Assembly: GCA_039028935.1 (NCBI GenBank)
Contig: JBCCHD010000001.1
Coordinates: 135,181 to 199,180, forward strand
Reading direction: 5' to 3'
DNA length: 64,000 nucleotides
Origin: Pseudomonadota bacterium
GTDB taxonomy: Bacteria; Pseudomonadota; Gammaproteobacteria; Steroidobacterales; SZUA-146
This document shows, one piece after another, positions 10,640 to 21,858 of this stretch. Under the pieces are notes generated by a model. That model was not told the origin of the DNA. It did not search any database and saw only the letters and a program-made list of their open reading frames with translations. A program made the position numbers and the translations under genes. Numbering within the stretch: position 1 is the first letter of the stretch; the number at the start of each line of letters is the position of its first letter.

Positions 10640-11188
10640 TTAGGCCTGTTTGGGCCTGCGCCAATGGATATCGGTTTCGTGGATATTCTCAACGCCAGCG
10701 GCCCGATCTTCAAGATAGGCGCGCAGGGCATAGGTGACGCTCGGGAAGGCCATGTCGTCCCAAGGAATGTCGGCTTCATCAACCAGGCGGGTGTCGAGCG
10801 ATTCCTGGCCCACGCCGTACTCGTTCTGTTCGAGCCGTCCGCGGTAGAAAAGATGGACCTGTTTGGCGTGAACGACATTGACGACCGCCAGCAGCGACGT
10901 GGTGGTCACGCGCGCCAGAGCCTCCTCCCAGGTCTCTCGTGCGGCCCCCTGTGCCACCGATTCGCCATTTTCCATAAAACCGGCGGGCACGGTCCAAAAG
11001 CCGTGACGAGGCTCGATTGCGCGGCGACAGAGCAGAATTTGCCCTTCCCATTCGGCCACGCACCCGGTCACAATGAGTGGGTTTTGGTAGTGAACAAAGT
11101 GACAGGACGGGCACACATAGCGCTCGCGGTTGTCGCCGTCGGGTATCTTGAGCTCGACCTCGGCGCCGCATTGACTGCAGAATTTCAT
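10640..11188 (-). CDS. NUDIX hydrolase with N-terminal zinc ribbon
   Basis: CSQCG...CPSC zinc ribbon. Nudix box [21 protein letters not shown]. Confidence 0.8.
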   Translation of the reverse strand: MKFCSQCGAEVELKIPDGDNRERYVCPSCHFVHYQNPLIVTGCVAEWEGQILLCRRAIEPRHGFWTVPAGFMENGESVAQGAARETWEEALARVTTTSLLAVVNVVHAKQVHLFYRGRLEQNEYGVGQESLDTRLVDEADIPWDDMAFPSVTYALRAYLEDRAAGVENIHETDIHWRRPKQA

Positions 11189-11242
11189 GGCATGCTCGCT
11201 GTGTCGACGGCTGGGCTGGGTCCCATTGGAGTCATGCGATCA

Positions 11243-11329
11243 TGGTGCCGAGGGAGAGAATCGAACTCTCACTCCGTTTCCGGAACTGGATTTTGAATCC
11301 AGCGCGTCTACCAGTTCCGCCACCCCGGC
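11243..11329 (-). tRNA. tRNA-Leu (anticodon CAA)
   Basis: The reverse complement reads GCCGGGGTGGCGGAACTGGTAGACGCG...CTGGA-TTCAAAA-TCCAG...long variable arm...GAGAGTTCGATTCTCTC-CCTCGGCACCA. It has a 7-bp acceptor stem and an encoded CCA. Confidence 0.95.
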
Positions 11330-11436
11330 GCCTGATCGCTTGAGGGTGCAAGTATAGGGCACGAGCGCCAGCCTTCAAGAATTTTTTTCAGGTTTTTTGC
11401 GACCTTTTGCGTCAACAGTGAGTCCTTATTTGTGAC

Positions 11437-12042
11437 ATGAGTGGATTCTTTGCCAATAACATTGAGGAGGCCGTATTGAGCGGCTGCCGCCGCGGCGACA
11501 ACGCGGCTCATGCGCAGCTGTTTGAGGCCTTTTCGCGCCCGGTCTTCACATTGGCGCTGCGGCTCACTGGCTCTCGTGCCGTGGCCGATGAAGTGGTGCA
11601 GGACACCTTCATTGAGGTCATCACCAAAATTCAGCAGTTTCGAGGCGATGCGCCGATCGGCGCCTGGGTGCGCCGCATTGCCGTGAACAAGGCGTTGGCC
11701 CAGCTGCGCTCGCCCTGGCACAAGCGCGGGGAGCCACTTATGCCCGATTTTGAAACCTGCGACATCGATCAGAGCGTCCCGCACGACCTAGAAATTTGCC
11801 TTAAGCGCTTGGGGGCTACGGCGCGCAGCGTGCTCTGGCTTCACGATGTTGAGGGGTATACCCACAAAGAGATTGCGGCGTTCATGGATAAAACCGTGAG
11901 CTTTTCGAAATCTCAGCTGTCGCGCGCGCACCAGCGCCTTAACGCCTGGGCGACGAGCGAACTGCACGAACCAGGGAAGAAAACGACGCCACGGAGCGCG
12001 ACCGTTACACCATTGACCGGTAAAGCACCGGCGGCGAGTTAG
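11437..12042 (+). CDS. ECF (group 4) RNA polymerase sigma factor
   Basis: Region 2 reads FEAFSRPVFTLALRLTGSRAVADEVVQDTFIEV...GAWVRRIAVNKALAQLRS. Region 4 reads RSVLWLHDVEGYTHKEIAAFMDKTVSFSKSQLSRAHQRL. Confidence 0.85.
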   Translation: MSGFFANNIEEAVLSGCRRGDNAAHAQLFEAFSRPVFTLALRLTGSRAVADEVVQDTFIEVITKIQQFRGDAPIGAWVRRIAVNKALAQLRSPWHKRGEPLMPDFETCDIDQSVPHDLEICLKRLGATARSVLWLHDVEGYTHKEIAAFMDKTVSFSKSQLSRAHQRLNAWATSELHEPGKKTTPRSATVTPLTGKAPAAS

Positions 12043-12046
12043 TACT

Positions 12047-12754
12047 ATGCATGCGACGACACAACAACTTCTTGATCTGCGCGACGGTGCGCCGATCGAC
12101 AGCGAACTGGTGCGGCACATCGAACTGTGTGCCCAATGCAGTGCTGAATTGAAACTCATCACGGATCGCAAGGCGGCGCTGCAAGCACTGCCGTTGCAGG
12201 CGCCTTCCGCCAAGGTCTTCGCCCAATTGTCGGAGCAACTGGCGTATCAACAGCAGGCGCCACGACGCAATCAACCTCTGCACTGGGCGGTGGCGGCCGC
12301 CGTGGTGGCCGCCATCGCGCTGTGGCTGGTGCCGACCGCGCCGACGGTTGACGATTTAGAGCACGGACTCAACCCGGTGGCTGTGCACGCTGAGCCAAGC
12401 GCGCCGGCTGTTGTCGCACAACCGCACCGACAAGAACGTCGTGCGTTGATTCAGCGATCTAACGCGTTGGAGGCCGTCGCCCAACAGCTTGCGGAACTCA
12501 GCGTGGCGGAGCCATCGTTGAGCACCAACGACGCGCTCTCGGCACTGGAAGCGCAGCTTGCGTTGGTGGACTACAACTTAAATGCCGCGCAGATCGATCG
12601 CTATGCGCCGGAAGAATTTAACGCGTTATTGTCGCGACGCGTCAGCACTTTGGAGAATCTCGTGGGCGTGCAACGCGCAGAACTGGCGCGACAGGGATAC
12701 CACGGGTTTCAGGTTATGACAGCCTCAAACATTGAAGAGGAACAGGTATGGTAA
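12047..12754 (+). CDS. zinc-binding (ZAS-type) anti-sigma factor, single-pass membrane protein
   Basis: Starts 5 nt after the sigma gene. HxxxCxxC motif in RHIELCAQC. TM segment LHWAVAAAVVAAIALWLV. Confidence 0.65.
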   Translation: MHATTQQLLDLRDGAPIDSELVRHIELCAQCSAELKLITDRKAALQALPLQAPSAKVFAQLSEQLAYQQQAPRRNQPLHWAVAAAVVAAIALWLVPTAPTVDDLEHGLNPVAVHAEPSAPAVVAQPHRQERRALIQRSNALEAVAQQLAELSVAEPSLSTNDALSALEAQLALVDYNLNAAQIDRYAPEEFNALLSRRVSTLENLVGVQRAELARQGYHGFQVMTASNIEEEQVW

Positions 12755-13899
12755 ATGGCACACAGTTTTCCCTTTTCACTCGCGCCGTAAGCGCGTTTGT
12801 CGTGTTGTTTGTCACCGCATCGGTGACCGCTCAGAGCGACAACGAACAAGCGCTTCGCGAGCAAATGAAAGAAGCGCAACAGCAACTTGATGAAGCCGCA
12901 CAGCGTGTCGCGAAATTGAGTCGTCAAATGTCGGGCGGCGAAGTTGCGCGTGTTGTGAAACGCATGCGCGTTGGCGAGCGACGCGCGATGCTGGGCGTGC
13001 AGATTCAACAAGCCGAGGAAGGCGAGGGTGTGCGCATTGGTACCGTGACAACAAACGGACCCGCGGCCGTCGCAGGCCTCGAAGCTAACGATCTAGTGAC
13101 CCGATTTAATGACGTTGATTTGCGCGGTAAAGATGGTTCCGATGCGATCCACAACTTACTCCAAGCGCTGAAGCAGATGGAACCGGGCGATGTGGCCAAC
13201 TTGAAAATCATTCGTGACGGCCGTCCACTGACCGTTGCGATTACCACGGGCAGTGTCGAGGAGGTTATGCCGACCTTCGGTGACTTTGCTGTCGCGGCCG
13301 GAAAGTGGGAAGGGATGGATGAGATGATGGCCAAATTAGCGGACAAACTGTCTGGATTTGAAGCCAACATTGATTTTGATGGCGATGTGATGCATTTCGA
13401 ATTTGACGACAGCCAGATCGAAGAACTGAAGCTTCTGCCCAAACGCCTTGAAGAAGCCATGGGTGGTTGGGCGAACGGCGGTCCGGTTATCGCGATGATG
13501 GGCGGACCGGGTGGACTTGGCCATGGATTTCGTTTTGCGCCTGTCACACCGTCGCTCGGTAGCTATTTCGGGGTTGATCGAGGCGTGTTGCTAACGGCGG
13601 TGCCCGACGACGAGGCGCTCGGTTTTCAAGAGGGTGATGTGTTGCTCAGTGTCAACGGCGAGGCGGTGAATTCGCGCGGCGACGTGCATGCGCTGTTTGC
13701 GTCGGCTGATGAGGGTGACCGTTTGGCTGTGGAAATTGTCCGTCAACGTGAATCGATTACGCTCGATGTGGCGGTGCCTGAGAACGCCTGGGGGCGAGGC
13801 TGGCGCTGTCTAAGCGAGGAGGGTGACGACAGTCAGGGCAAACGCTGCGTGTCCCGCGATGGCGATGCGTTCTCGTTTAAGTTCGATTCTGATAATTAG
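12748..13899 (+). CDS. periplasmic protein with two PDZ domains and no protease domain
   Basis: ATG overlaps the anti-sigma stop (ATGGTAA). Signal peptide AVSAFVVLFVTASVTAQS. PDZ-like blocks GVRIGTVTTNGPAAVAGLEANDLVTRFN and GVLLTAVPDDEALGFQEGDVLLSVNGEAV. Confidence 0.65.
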   Translation: MVNGTQFSLFTRAVSAFVVLFVTASVTAQSDNEQALREQMKEAQQQLDEAAQRVAKLSRQMSGGEVARVVKRMRVGERRAMLGVQIQQAEEGEGVRIGTVTTNGPAAVAGLEANDLVTRFNDVDLRGKDGSDAIHNLLQALKQMEPGDVANLKIIRDGRPLTVAITTGSVEEVMPTFGDFAVAAGKWEGMDEMMAKLADKLSGFEANIDFDGDVMHFEFDDSQIEELKLLPKRLEEAMGGWANGGPVIAMMGGPGGLGHGFRFAPVTPSLGSYFGVDRGVLLTAVPDDEALGFQEGDVLLSVNGEAVNSRGDVHALFASADEGDRLAVEIVRQRESITLDVAVPENAWGRGWRCLSEEGDDSQGKRCVSRDGDAFSFKFDSDN

Positions 13900-13929
13900 T
13901 ACGACTCCAATCGTCGGCTAAACCCACAA

Positions 13930-13956
13930 GGCGCACGGCCACCGTGCGCCTTTTTT
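13930..13956 (+). terminator. rho-independent terminator after the sigma/anti-sigma/PDZ operon
   Basis: 9-bp stem ggcgcacgg / ccgtgcgcc with a 3-nt loop, then TTTTTT. Confidence 0.8.
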
Positions 13957-13975
13957 CGGTGTACTATCGCCGCCC

Positions 13976-15013
13976 ATGAAGCGCACCGATTTTTCTTTTC
14001 ATCTACCCCCTGAGCTCATCGCCCGGCGACCGACGCCCGAGCGACGCGATAGCCGCTTACTCTTGCTGAGGAGTGACGGTCCACCGCGTGATCAGCAATT
14101 TTGTCACCTACCGTTATTGCTCACTCCGGGCGATCTACTGGTGTTTAACGACTCGCGCGTCATTCCGGCGCGAGTGTTTGGTCGAAAGGACAGCGGCGGG
14201 CGCATCGAAGTGCTGTTGGAACGCATTGAAGCGCAACGGGTATTGGTTAAAATCAAGGCCAGTAAAGCGCCCCGAGCGGGCAGCACCCTCTGGCTCGATG
14301 CCGGCGACCAGGCGCAGTTTGTCACAGTGATCGGTCGCGAAGCCGACTTGTTCGTGCTGAATTTCCCAGTCGATGCGCTCGGCTTCTTTCTCGAGCACGG
14401 GGAGATGCCGCTGCCTCCGTATATTGAGCGCCGAGCGGACGATGCCGACACCTCACGCTATCAAACGGTGTACGCCGAATCCCTGGGTTCAGTGGCCGCA
14501 CCGACCGCCGGACTGCATTTTGATAACGCCATGCTCGAGGAGTTAGACAGCGCGGGTATCCAGCGGGCGCACGTCACACTTCATGTCGGCAGCGGCACCT
14601 ATCAGCCGGTGCGCGCCGAACGACTCGACGAGCACGTCATGCACTCGGAGTATGTCGAGGTAGGCCAGGAATTGGTCGATCAAGTGCGCGCGACCAAAGC
14701 CGCCGGGCATCGGGTCGTGTGTGTGGGCACGACCAGTCTGCGCAGTTTGGAAGCCGCATCGCAGTCGGGCGAGCTACAGGCCTATCGCGGTATGACCGAT
14801 ATCTTTATCTATCCGGGCTACGCGTTTCGCACCGTTGATCGGTTGCTGACGAATTTTCATTTGCCCGAGTCGAGCCTCATTATGCTGGTGAGTGCGTTGG
14901 CCGGTCGGTCACGCATTTTAGAGGCGTACGCGCACGCGGTGACGGCGCGCTATCGATTTTTTAGTTACGGCGACTGTATGCTGATCGATCGCCGCCCCTT
15001 CGGTTCGCGCTGA
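13976..15013 (+). CDS. queA: S-adenosylmethionine:tRNA ribosyltransferase-isomerase
   Basis: MKRTDFSFHLPPELIARRP start, and LPPYI, APTAGLHF, VGTTSLRSLE motifs. Followed by tgt. Confidence 0.92.
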   Translation: MKRTDFSFHLPPELIARRPTPERRDSRLLLLRSDGPPRDQQFCHLPLLLTPGDLLVFNDSRVIPARVFGRKDSGGRIEVLLERIEAQRVLVKIKASKAPRAGSTLWLDAGDQAQFVTVIGREADLFVLNFPVDALGFFLEHGEMPLPPYIERRADDADTSRYQTVYAESLGSVAAPTAGLHFDNAMLEELDSAGIQRAHVTLHVGSGTYQPVRAERLDEHVMHSEYVEVGQELVDQVRATKAAGHRVVCVGTTSLRSLEAASQSGELQAYRGMTDIFIYPGYAFRTVDRLLTNFHLPESSLIMLVSALAGRSRILEAYAHAVTARYRFFSYGDCMLIDRRPFGSR

Positions 15014-15059
15014 GTGGGCACGCAGTCCACAGACCCGATCGATCTTTGAAACGCAGTGA

Positions 15060-16184
<1,125 letters not shown>

Positions 16185-16254
16185 TGCGGCGCTTATTTTT
16201 GCCGCCTGGCGCGCTGCCGGGCCGGCTGCGACCCTCACTCAAAGGAAGTTCGCC

Positions 16255-16623
16255 ATGCTGGGAAGTCTCTCCGTTTCCGACCTCGGTGCCCTAGGCGCTG
16301 ATTTTTTCATCCGCACCGCCTCGGCTCAGGCCACCGGCGCCCCGCAGGGACCGGGTTTGGGCGGCTTTATCTTGCCGCTGGTCTTCATTCTGGCGCTGTA
16401 CTTTCTGCTGATCCGTCCCCAGGCGCGACGCGCCAAAGAGCACACCGCCATGGTCAAGGGACTGGGCAAGGGTGACGAAGTGGTATCAGCCGGAGGCGTG
16501 TTGGGGCGGATCACCGACTTGGACGAACAGTTTGTCACGCTAAAAGTTGCGAGCAACACGGAAATTAAAATTCAGCGACATCAAATCGGCGCGGTTCTGC
16601 CCAAGGGCACCGTCAAGTTTTAA
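16255..16623 (+). CDS. yajC: preprotein translocase subunit YajC
   Basis: ATGAPQGP...LVFILALYFLLIRPQARRAKEH...GDEVVSAGGVLGRI. Sits between tgt and secD. Confidence 0.9.
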   Translation: MLGSLSVSDLGALGADFFIRTASAQATGAPQGPGLGGFILPLVFILALYFLLIRPQARRAKEHTAMVKGLGKGDEVVSAGGVLGRITDLDEQFVTLKVASNTEIKIQRHQIGAVLPKGTVKF

Positions 16624-16667
16624 ACGCGACGCCTCGCGCCCATTTACCCTCACAAGGCCTAATTCGA

Positions 16668-18542
16668 ATGAATCGTTATCCCTCCTGGCTCAATATCCTG
16701 GTTCTGTGCGTGGTGCTCGGCGCGGTGTTTCTGGCGTTACCCAGTTTTTATGGCGAATCACGCGCGGTTCAGATTACCCGCGATTCCGATCTGCCGCTGC
16801 CTAGCGATTTGAATACCGCTATCGAGCAGCAGCTCAGCAATGCGGGTGAGTCGGTGCCTCAGGTTTTTACGCACGATGACCGACTTTACATCGTCGTGAA
16901 TGACGACGATCAGCAGGACCGCATTAAGACTTTGATGACCGACCGCTTTGGCGGCAAAGACAGCGGCTACAAGGTCGCCACCAACTTCGCACCGCTCATG
17001 CCCAAATGGCTACGCGACACCGGCGGTCAATCGGTGCGCTTGGGTCTGGATTTGCGGGGCGGTGTGCATCTTTTGTTTGAAGTCGATATGCCACGCGCCA
17101 TTGCGCAGTACCTCGATCAGATGGCCTCAGCCATCAAGGTGCAAATGCGCGATGCCAAAGTTCCCGGTGTCCGAGTGCAATCGGAAAACGACGGGATTAC
17201 CGTGACCACCCGTGATGCTGAACGATGCGCCGATGCGCGTCAGGTTGTCGACGATCTCGAGGAAGGGTTTTTGGTGGCGGAACGAAACTCGACCGCCGCG
17301 GGAGGCTGCCCGATTCTCCGACTCACCATGAGCGAAACGCAGATCGCCGATCGCCAAAGCTTCGCGATTGAACAAAACACCACGACCCTGCGCAGTCGCC
17401 TCGATCAACTCGGCGTGGCGGAACCGCTCGTGCAGCAGCAGGGCGCGAACCGCATTCTCGTACAGTTGCCGGGCGTTGGCGACCCGGCGGAAGTCATCGA
17501 TACGTTGAGCGCGGTGGCATCCCTTGAATTTCGTGGCGCCTGTGAAACCGGCAGTCCCGCTGAAGCCGCTCGCAGCGGACGAGCGCCGGTAGGCTGCATG
17601 CTGGTGCAAGACACCAAAGACGACATTCCTTCACCTGCCGTGCTCGATCGTGATGTGATCGCGACGGGGGCCGAACTGGTTGACGCGCGCTTCTCGTATG
17701 ACGCCGTTGACGGACCGATTGTGAACGTGAAGCTGGACGGCAGTGCGTCAAAACGCATGTTTGAACACACGAAGGCGAACCTCAATAAACCCATGGCGGT
17801 GGTGTTTATCGAGACCACGGCACGCAGTGTGGAAGGTCAGGAGAAGCCGATTCTCGACACCACCAAGGAAGTGATCAACTTCGCCACGATTCGGGGTGTG
17901 TTCAGCGATAGTTTCCGAATCTCCGGTTTCACGCCAAATGAGGCGCAGGAGCTTGCCGTGCTGCTGCGCGCCGGCGCCTTGGCGGCGCCGATCTATGTGG
18001 TCGAACAGCGTACGGTTGGTCCAACCCTCGGTAAAGACAACATTGAAAAGGGCAAGTATGCCGTGATCATCGGGTTTCTGCTGGTGGTGGTTTTCATGCT
18101 CTTTTACTACCGGGTGTTTGGCATCTTTGCCAACTTGGCGCTGCTGGTGAACCTGGTCATTATGATGGCGTTGCTGTCATTACTTCAGGCGTCGCTCACT
18201 TTGCCAGGGATTGCGGGAATTGTGCTGACGGTGGGTATGGCGGTAGACGCTAACGTGCTTATCTTCGAGCGTATACGTGAGGAGCTCAGATCGGGCTCTA
18301 CGCCACAAAATGCGATCCATTCGGGTTACGACAAAGCATTCTCATCGATTGCCGATGCCAACATTACGACGCTCATTGCAGCGCTGGTGCTCTATCTGTT
18401 TGGCACCGGCCCAATTCAGGGCTTTGCCACCACGCTGGCCATCGGTATTTTGAGTTCGATGTTCACGGCGATCATCGGCACTCGCGCGCTGGTCAACTGG
18501 CTATACGGCGGTGACAAGCAAGTCGATAAGCTGTCGATCTAG
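16668..18542 (+). CDS. secD: protein translocase subunit SecD
   Basis: 624 aa. LGLDLRGGVHLLFEVD. C-terminal six-TM block with LTLPGIAGIVLTVGMAVDANVLIFERIREE. Confidence 0.95.
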   Translation: MNRYPSWLNILVLCVVLGAVFLALPSFYGESRAVQITRDSDLPLPSDLNTAIEQQLSNAGESVPQVFTHDDRLYIVVNDDDQQDRIKTLMTDRFGGKDSGYKVATNFAPLMPKWLRDTGGQSVRLGLDLRGGVHLLFEVDMPRAIAQYLDQMASAIKVQMRDAKVPGVRVQSENDGITVTTRDAERCADARQVVDDLEEGFLVAERNSTAAGGCPILRLTMSETQIADRQSFAIEQNTTTLRSRLDQLGVAEPLVQQQGANRILVQLPGVGDPAEVIDTLSAVASLEFRGACETGSPAEAARSGRAPVGCMLVQDTKDDIPSPAVLDRDVIATGAELVDARFSYDAVDGPIVNVKLDGSASKRMFEHTKANLNKPMAVVFIETTARSVEGQEKPILDTTKEVINFATIRGVFSDSFRISGFTPNEAQELAVLLRAGALAAPIYVVEQRTVGPTLGKDNIEKGKYAVIIGFLLVVVFMLFYYRVFGIFANLALLVNLVIMMALLSLLQASLTLPGIAGIVLTVGMAVDANVLIFERIREELRSGSTPQNAIHSGYDKAFSSIADANITTLIAALVLYLFGTGPIQGFATTLAIGILSSMFTAIIGTRALVNWLYGGDKQVDKLSI

Positions 18543-18571
18543 TACCTCGGATTCTGTTCAAAGGCACCACC

Positions 18572-19534
18572 ATGCAACTGATTACTAAAACTACCAACAT
18601 CGATTTCGTCGGTCATCGACGCCCGGCCATGATTCTGTCGCTGGTGCTCATCGTGGTCTCGATTGGCTCATTGTTTGTGCAAAAACTGAATCTCGGTGTC
18701 GACTTCACCGGTGGTGTGCTAATGCAAGCGCAGTATCCCAACGGTGCGGATCTGCCGTCGATTCGCTCGGCGCTTGAAAATGCAGGCATTGATGACGCGA
18801 CTGTCCAGTTGTTTGGTTCACCCCGCGACGTGCTCGTGCGTCTGCCGGTGTCCGAGGACACCGTACCTGACTCGCAGGATGTTGAAGAAGGCCAAAAAAC
18901 AACCATGGGTGAAACCGTCTTTGACGTGCTCAAAGCCGCCGACGGCTCGGTCAAACGAGGCCGGGTTGAGGTAGTGGGGGCGCAGGTGGGTAAAGAGCTC
19001 AGTGAAGCGGGCATGTTGGCGCTGATGATCGCGCTGATGTTGATTTTTATCTATGTCGCGATTCGCTTTGTTTGGAAGTTCGGTGCCGGCGCCGTAGCGG
19101 CGCTAGTGCACGATGTCATTTTAGTGGTGGGCTTTTTCTCGCTATTTCAACTTGATTTCGACTTGTCGGTGGTGGCCGCGGTGCTCGCGGTGATCGGTTA
19201 CTCGCTCAACGATACGATCGTGGTGTTCGACCGCATTCGCGAGAACTTTCTGGACTTACGCAACGTTGAGCCCGAAGAAATCGTGAACCGCTCCATTAAT
19301 CAGATGCTCGCGCGTACCATCATAACCGGCGTCACCACACTGCTGGTGCTGCTGGCGCTGTATTTTGTGGGCGGTGAAGCGCTTCAGCCGTTCTCGCTGG
19401 CGCTCATTATCGGCATCGTTGTTGGTACATACTCGTCGATCTATGTGGCCAGTTCCACCGCATTGGGCCTCGATGTCACCGTGGAAGATTTGTTGCCGCC
19501 GGTGGTGGAAGACGAGCAAGACGCCCTGCCGTAA
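18572..19534 (+). CDS. secF: protein translocase subunit SecF
   Basis: NLGVDFTGGV and IGYSLNDTIVVFDRIREN. Directly follows secD. Confidence 0.95.
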   Translation: MQLITKTTNIDFVGHRRPAMILSLVLIVVSIGSLFVQKLNLGVDFTGGVLMQAQYPNGADLPSIRSALENAGIDDATVQLFGSPRDVLVRLPVSEDTVPDSQDVEEGQKTTMGETVFDVLKAADGSVKRGRVEVVGAQVGKELSEAGMLALMIALMLIFIYVAIRFVWKFGAGAVAALVHDVILVVGFFSLFQLDFDLSVVAAVLAVIGYSLNDTIVVFDRIRENFLDLRNVEPEEIVNRSINQMLARTIITGVTTLLVLLALYFVGGEALQPFSLALIIGIVVGTYSSIYVASSTALGLDVTVEDLLPPVVEDEQDALP

Positions 19535-19661
19535 CGGCGGACTCCTGCCCGCCTAGCCGGAATCGACCGGCATTCAGCTCAGTTGATGCGACTGAACGCC
19601 GCGCTGCGGTTCGCTGAACGATCGGCGATGTGTGATGTTGACGATCCTTGCCTGCCGAGGT

Positions 19662-20045
19662 CTATCGGCGCTCGAGCTCGACGATAAGCGGGTTGGGTTC
19701 GAGGTCATAGGACACGCCGGTTTGGGGGCCAACCGGTACATTGAATATCCCGCCGACCGACACCGATGCGGTGGCTGGGCGTCCACCGGTTTGCGATTTT
19801 ACGGAACGAATGGTGGTCGTGTAAGGGCGGTAGCCGTCTTTGGTAAGGGTGACGCGAAATTCGCTCGAACGCGGTAAATCAAAGTGGCACGGTGTTAGGC
19901 ACGATTCGCCGGTGGAGAGCTTAGCCAGTGCGGTTTCGGGCTCGCTTTGGATATGAAAGCGTTCGTTTTCGTTGCGGTTGGAGGACGCGCAGCTGGCCAC
20001 TAATGGCAACAGTGCACACAGAACGCACACGGATGATCGACGCAT
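19662..20045 (-). CDS. small lipoprotein, PEGA-domain-like
   Basis: Lipobox LLPLVASC. PEGA-like stretch IQSEPETA...TGESCLTPCHFDLPRSSEFRVTLTKDGYRPY. Confidence 0.5.
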   Translation of the reverse strand: MRRSSVCVLCALLPLVASCASSNRNENERFHIQSEPETALAKLSTGESCLTPCHFDLPRSSEFRVTLTKDGYRPYTTTIRSVKSQTGGRPATASVSVGGIFNVPVGPQTGVSYDLEPNPLIVELERR

Positions 20046-20135
20046 AACAAACGCCTCAGTAAACGACTCACTAAGATGGACTCAAAACAACGTAATTAGT
20101 TCGGGCACTGGACCGCGGGCGTGAGTCGATCAGTT

Positions 20136-20927
20136 TTATTTGCGGTGAGGGGCCAACGTTTTGAGCAGGTCTCGCAACACACGGGCAGAACCTGCCGCCA
20201 CATTACCAGTGGTTAAGTGCGTTTCTTGGCCGTCCAGATCGCTGACCAAACCACCGGCTTCGCGCACGATGAGTTCGCCGGCCGCAATGTCCCAGATTTT
20301 CAGTCCGCGTTCCCAAAAACCATCGAAGCGCCCAGCGGCGACATACGCCATATCCAAAGCCGCTGAGCCGGCCCGTCGGATGCCGGCTACCTTGAGGCTT
20401 ACGTCGCGTAACATGCCCAGGTAATTGTCGAGTTCGACTGGGTCGCCGCGGTAGGGAAAGCCTGTGCCGATCAGTGTCCCCTCGAGTCCCTGCGGCGCGG
20501 TGACACGAATCTTGCGGTCGTCGAGTGTCGCGCCGTTGCCGCGACTCGCGGTGAACAGCTCCTGGCGAAGTGGGTCGTAAATGACGCCAGCCTCCATCTT
20601 GCCGTGGTGACGCGCGGCAATCGACACGGCAAACGCCGGGAAGCCGTGAATAAAGTTGGTTGTGCCATCGATCGGGTCGATAATCCACTCGACTTCGCCG
20701 TCCTGTCCGGTTGTCGTACCGGATTCCTCGCCTAAGAAGTTATGGTGAGGGTAGGATTTTTTAATGACTTCGATGATGCGCGCCTCGACAAACTTGTCGA
20801 CTTCGGTGACGTAATCGTTACGACCCTTGCTTTGCACAGTGAGGTTGTGCAGTCGGTTCATGCTGCGAATAATCGCGTCGCCACCCGCGCGGGCGGCCTG
20901 TACGGCGACGTTAACCAAAGGAGTCAT
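20136..20927 (-). CDS. suhB: inositol monophosphatase family protein SuhB
   Basis: ORF 20136-21170 trimmed to MTPLVNVAVQAARAGGDAI. Has EESG, WIIDPIDGTTNF and GSAALDMAYVAAGRFDGFWE. Divergent from trmJ as in E. coli. Confidence 0.9.
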   Translation of the reverse strand: MTPLVNVAVQAARAGGDAIIRSMNRLHNLTVQSKGRNDYVTEVDKFVEARIIEVIKKSYPHHNFLGEESGTTTGQDGEVEWIIDPIDGTTNFIHGFPAFAVSIAARHHGKMEAGVIYDPLRQELFTASRGNGATLDDRKIRVTAPQGLEGTLIGTGFPYRGDPVELDNYLGMLRDVSLKVAGIRRAGSAALDMAYVAAGRFDGFWERGLKIWDIAAGELIVREAGGLVSDLDGQETHLTTGNVAAGSARVLRDLLKTLAPHRK

Positions 20928-21029
20928 AGCGGTGCCTTCATCGTGTGGTGCGCGATCAGCGCAAAAGGATCGTTGGCAGACAGTCTGCACATGGCGATCG
21001 GCGGCGGATGGCGCGTAGAATAGCAAAGA

Positions 21030-21851
21030 ATGTTTTGCAGTGTGATGGCAATGAGTGAAATGTCCGAATTCAGTAATCCCAGGCGCCAGGCTGCCACCGA
21101 ACACGACGATTCGTCTGTGACGGCACTGTCCGAGCGACCCATTCGCATCGTGCTGGTGGGAACGTCGCATCCGGGCAACATCGGCGCGGTGGCACGCGCG
21201 ATGAAAACCATGCGTCTGAGTGCGTTACGACTCGTAACGCCAAAGGTGTTTCCGCACGCGGACGCCACCGCGATGGCCTCGGGCGCCGATGACCTGTTGG
21301 CACGGGCCGAGGTGTTTGATCGGCTCTCTGATGCCATTGCCGATTGCGGCCTGGTGTTGGGTGCGAGCGCTCGTCTGCGTTCGCTACGATGGCCGCAAAT
21401 GGAGCCACCGGAGGCCGCGCAGCGTGCGCTCGAGGAATCCGCGCAGCATCCCGTCGCGTTCGTATTCGGTCGGGAGCGCACCGGACTAACTAATGATGAG
21501 CTGGCGCTTTGCCACGGGTTGGTGCACATTCCGGCCAATCCGGAGTACAGCTCGCTTAATCTGGCGATGTCGGTACAGGTGATGAGCTATGAGCTGCTTA
21601 TGACCAGTCGAGCCGCACTGCCGCTCCGCGAAAATGCGACGCGCGAGGTCGCCACTGCCGAGGAAATGGACTATTTTTATAGTCACCTGGAGCAGGTCAT
21701 GATCGACTCAGGGTTTCTTGATCCGGCCGCACCGAAACACCTCATGAAGCGCCTGAGGCGGTTGTATGGTCGGGCGCGGCCCGATCGTCAGGAGCTCAAT
21801 ATTCTGCGCGGCATTTTGTCGGCGGTGGAGAAGCAACGTAACAACACGTGA
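21030..21851 (+). CDS. trmJ: tRNA (cytidine/uridine-2'-O)-methyltransferase TrmJ (SpoU/TrmH family)
   Basis: [24 protein letters not shown] resembles the E. coli TrmJ N-terminus. [13 protein letters not shown] and [18 protein letters not shown]. The exact start within the first ~12 codons is uncertain. Confidence 0.85.
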   Translation: MFCSVMAMSEMSEFSNPRRQAATEHDDSSVTALSERPIRIVLVGTSHPGNIGAVARAMKTMRLSALRLVTPKVFPHADATAMASGADDLLARAEVFDRLSDAIADCGLVLGASARLRSLRWPQMEPPEAAQRALEESAQHPVAFVFGRERTGLTNDELALCHGLVHIPANPEYSSLNLAMSVQVMSYELLMTSRAALPLRENATREVATAEEMDYFYSHLEQVMIDSGFLDPAAPKHLMKRLRRLYGRARPDRQELNILRGILSAVEKQRNNT

Positions 21852-21858
21852 TGCAACG

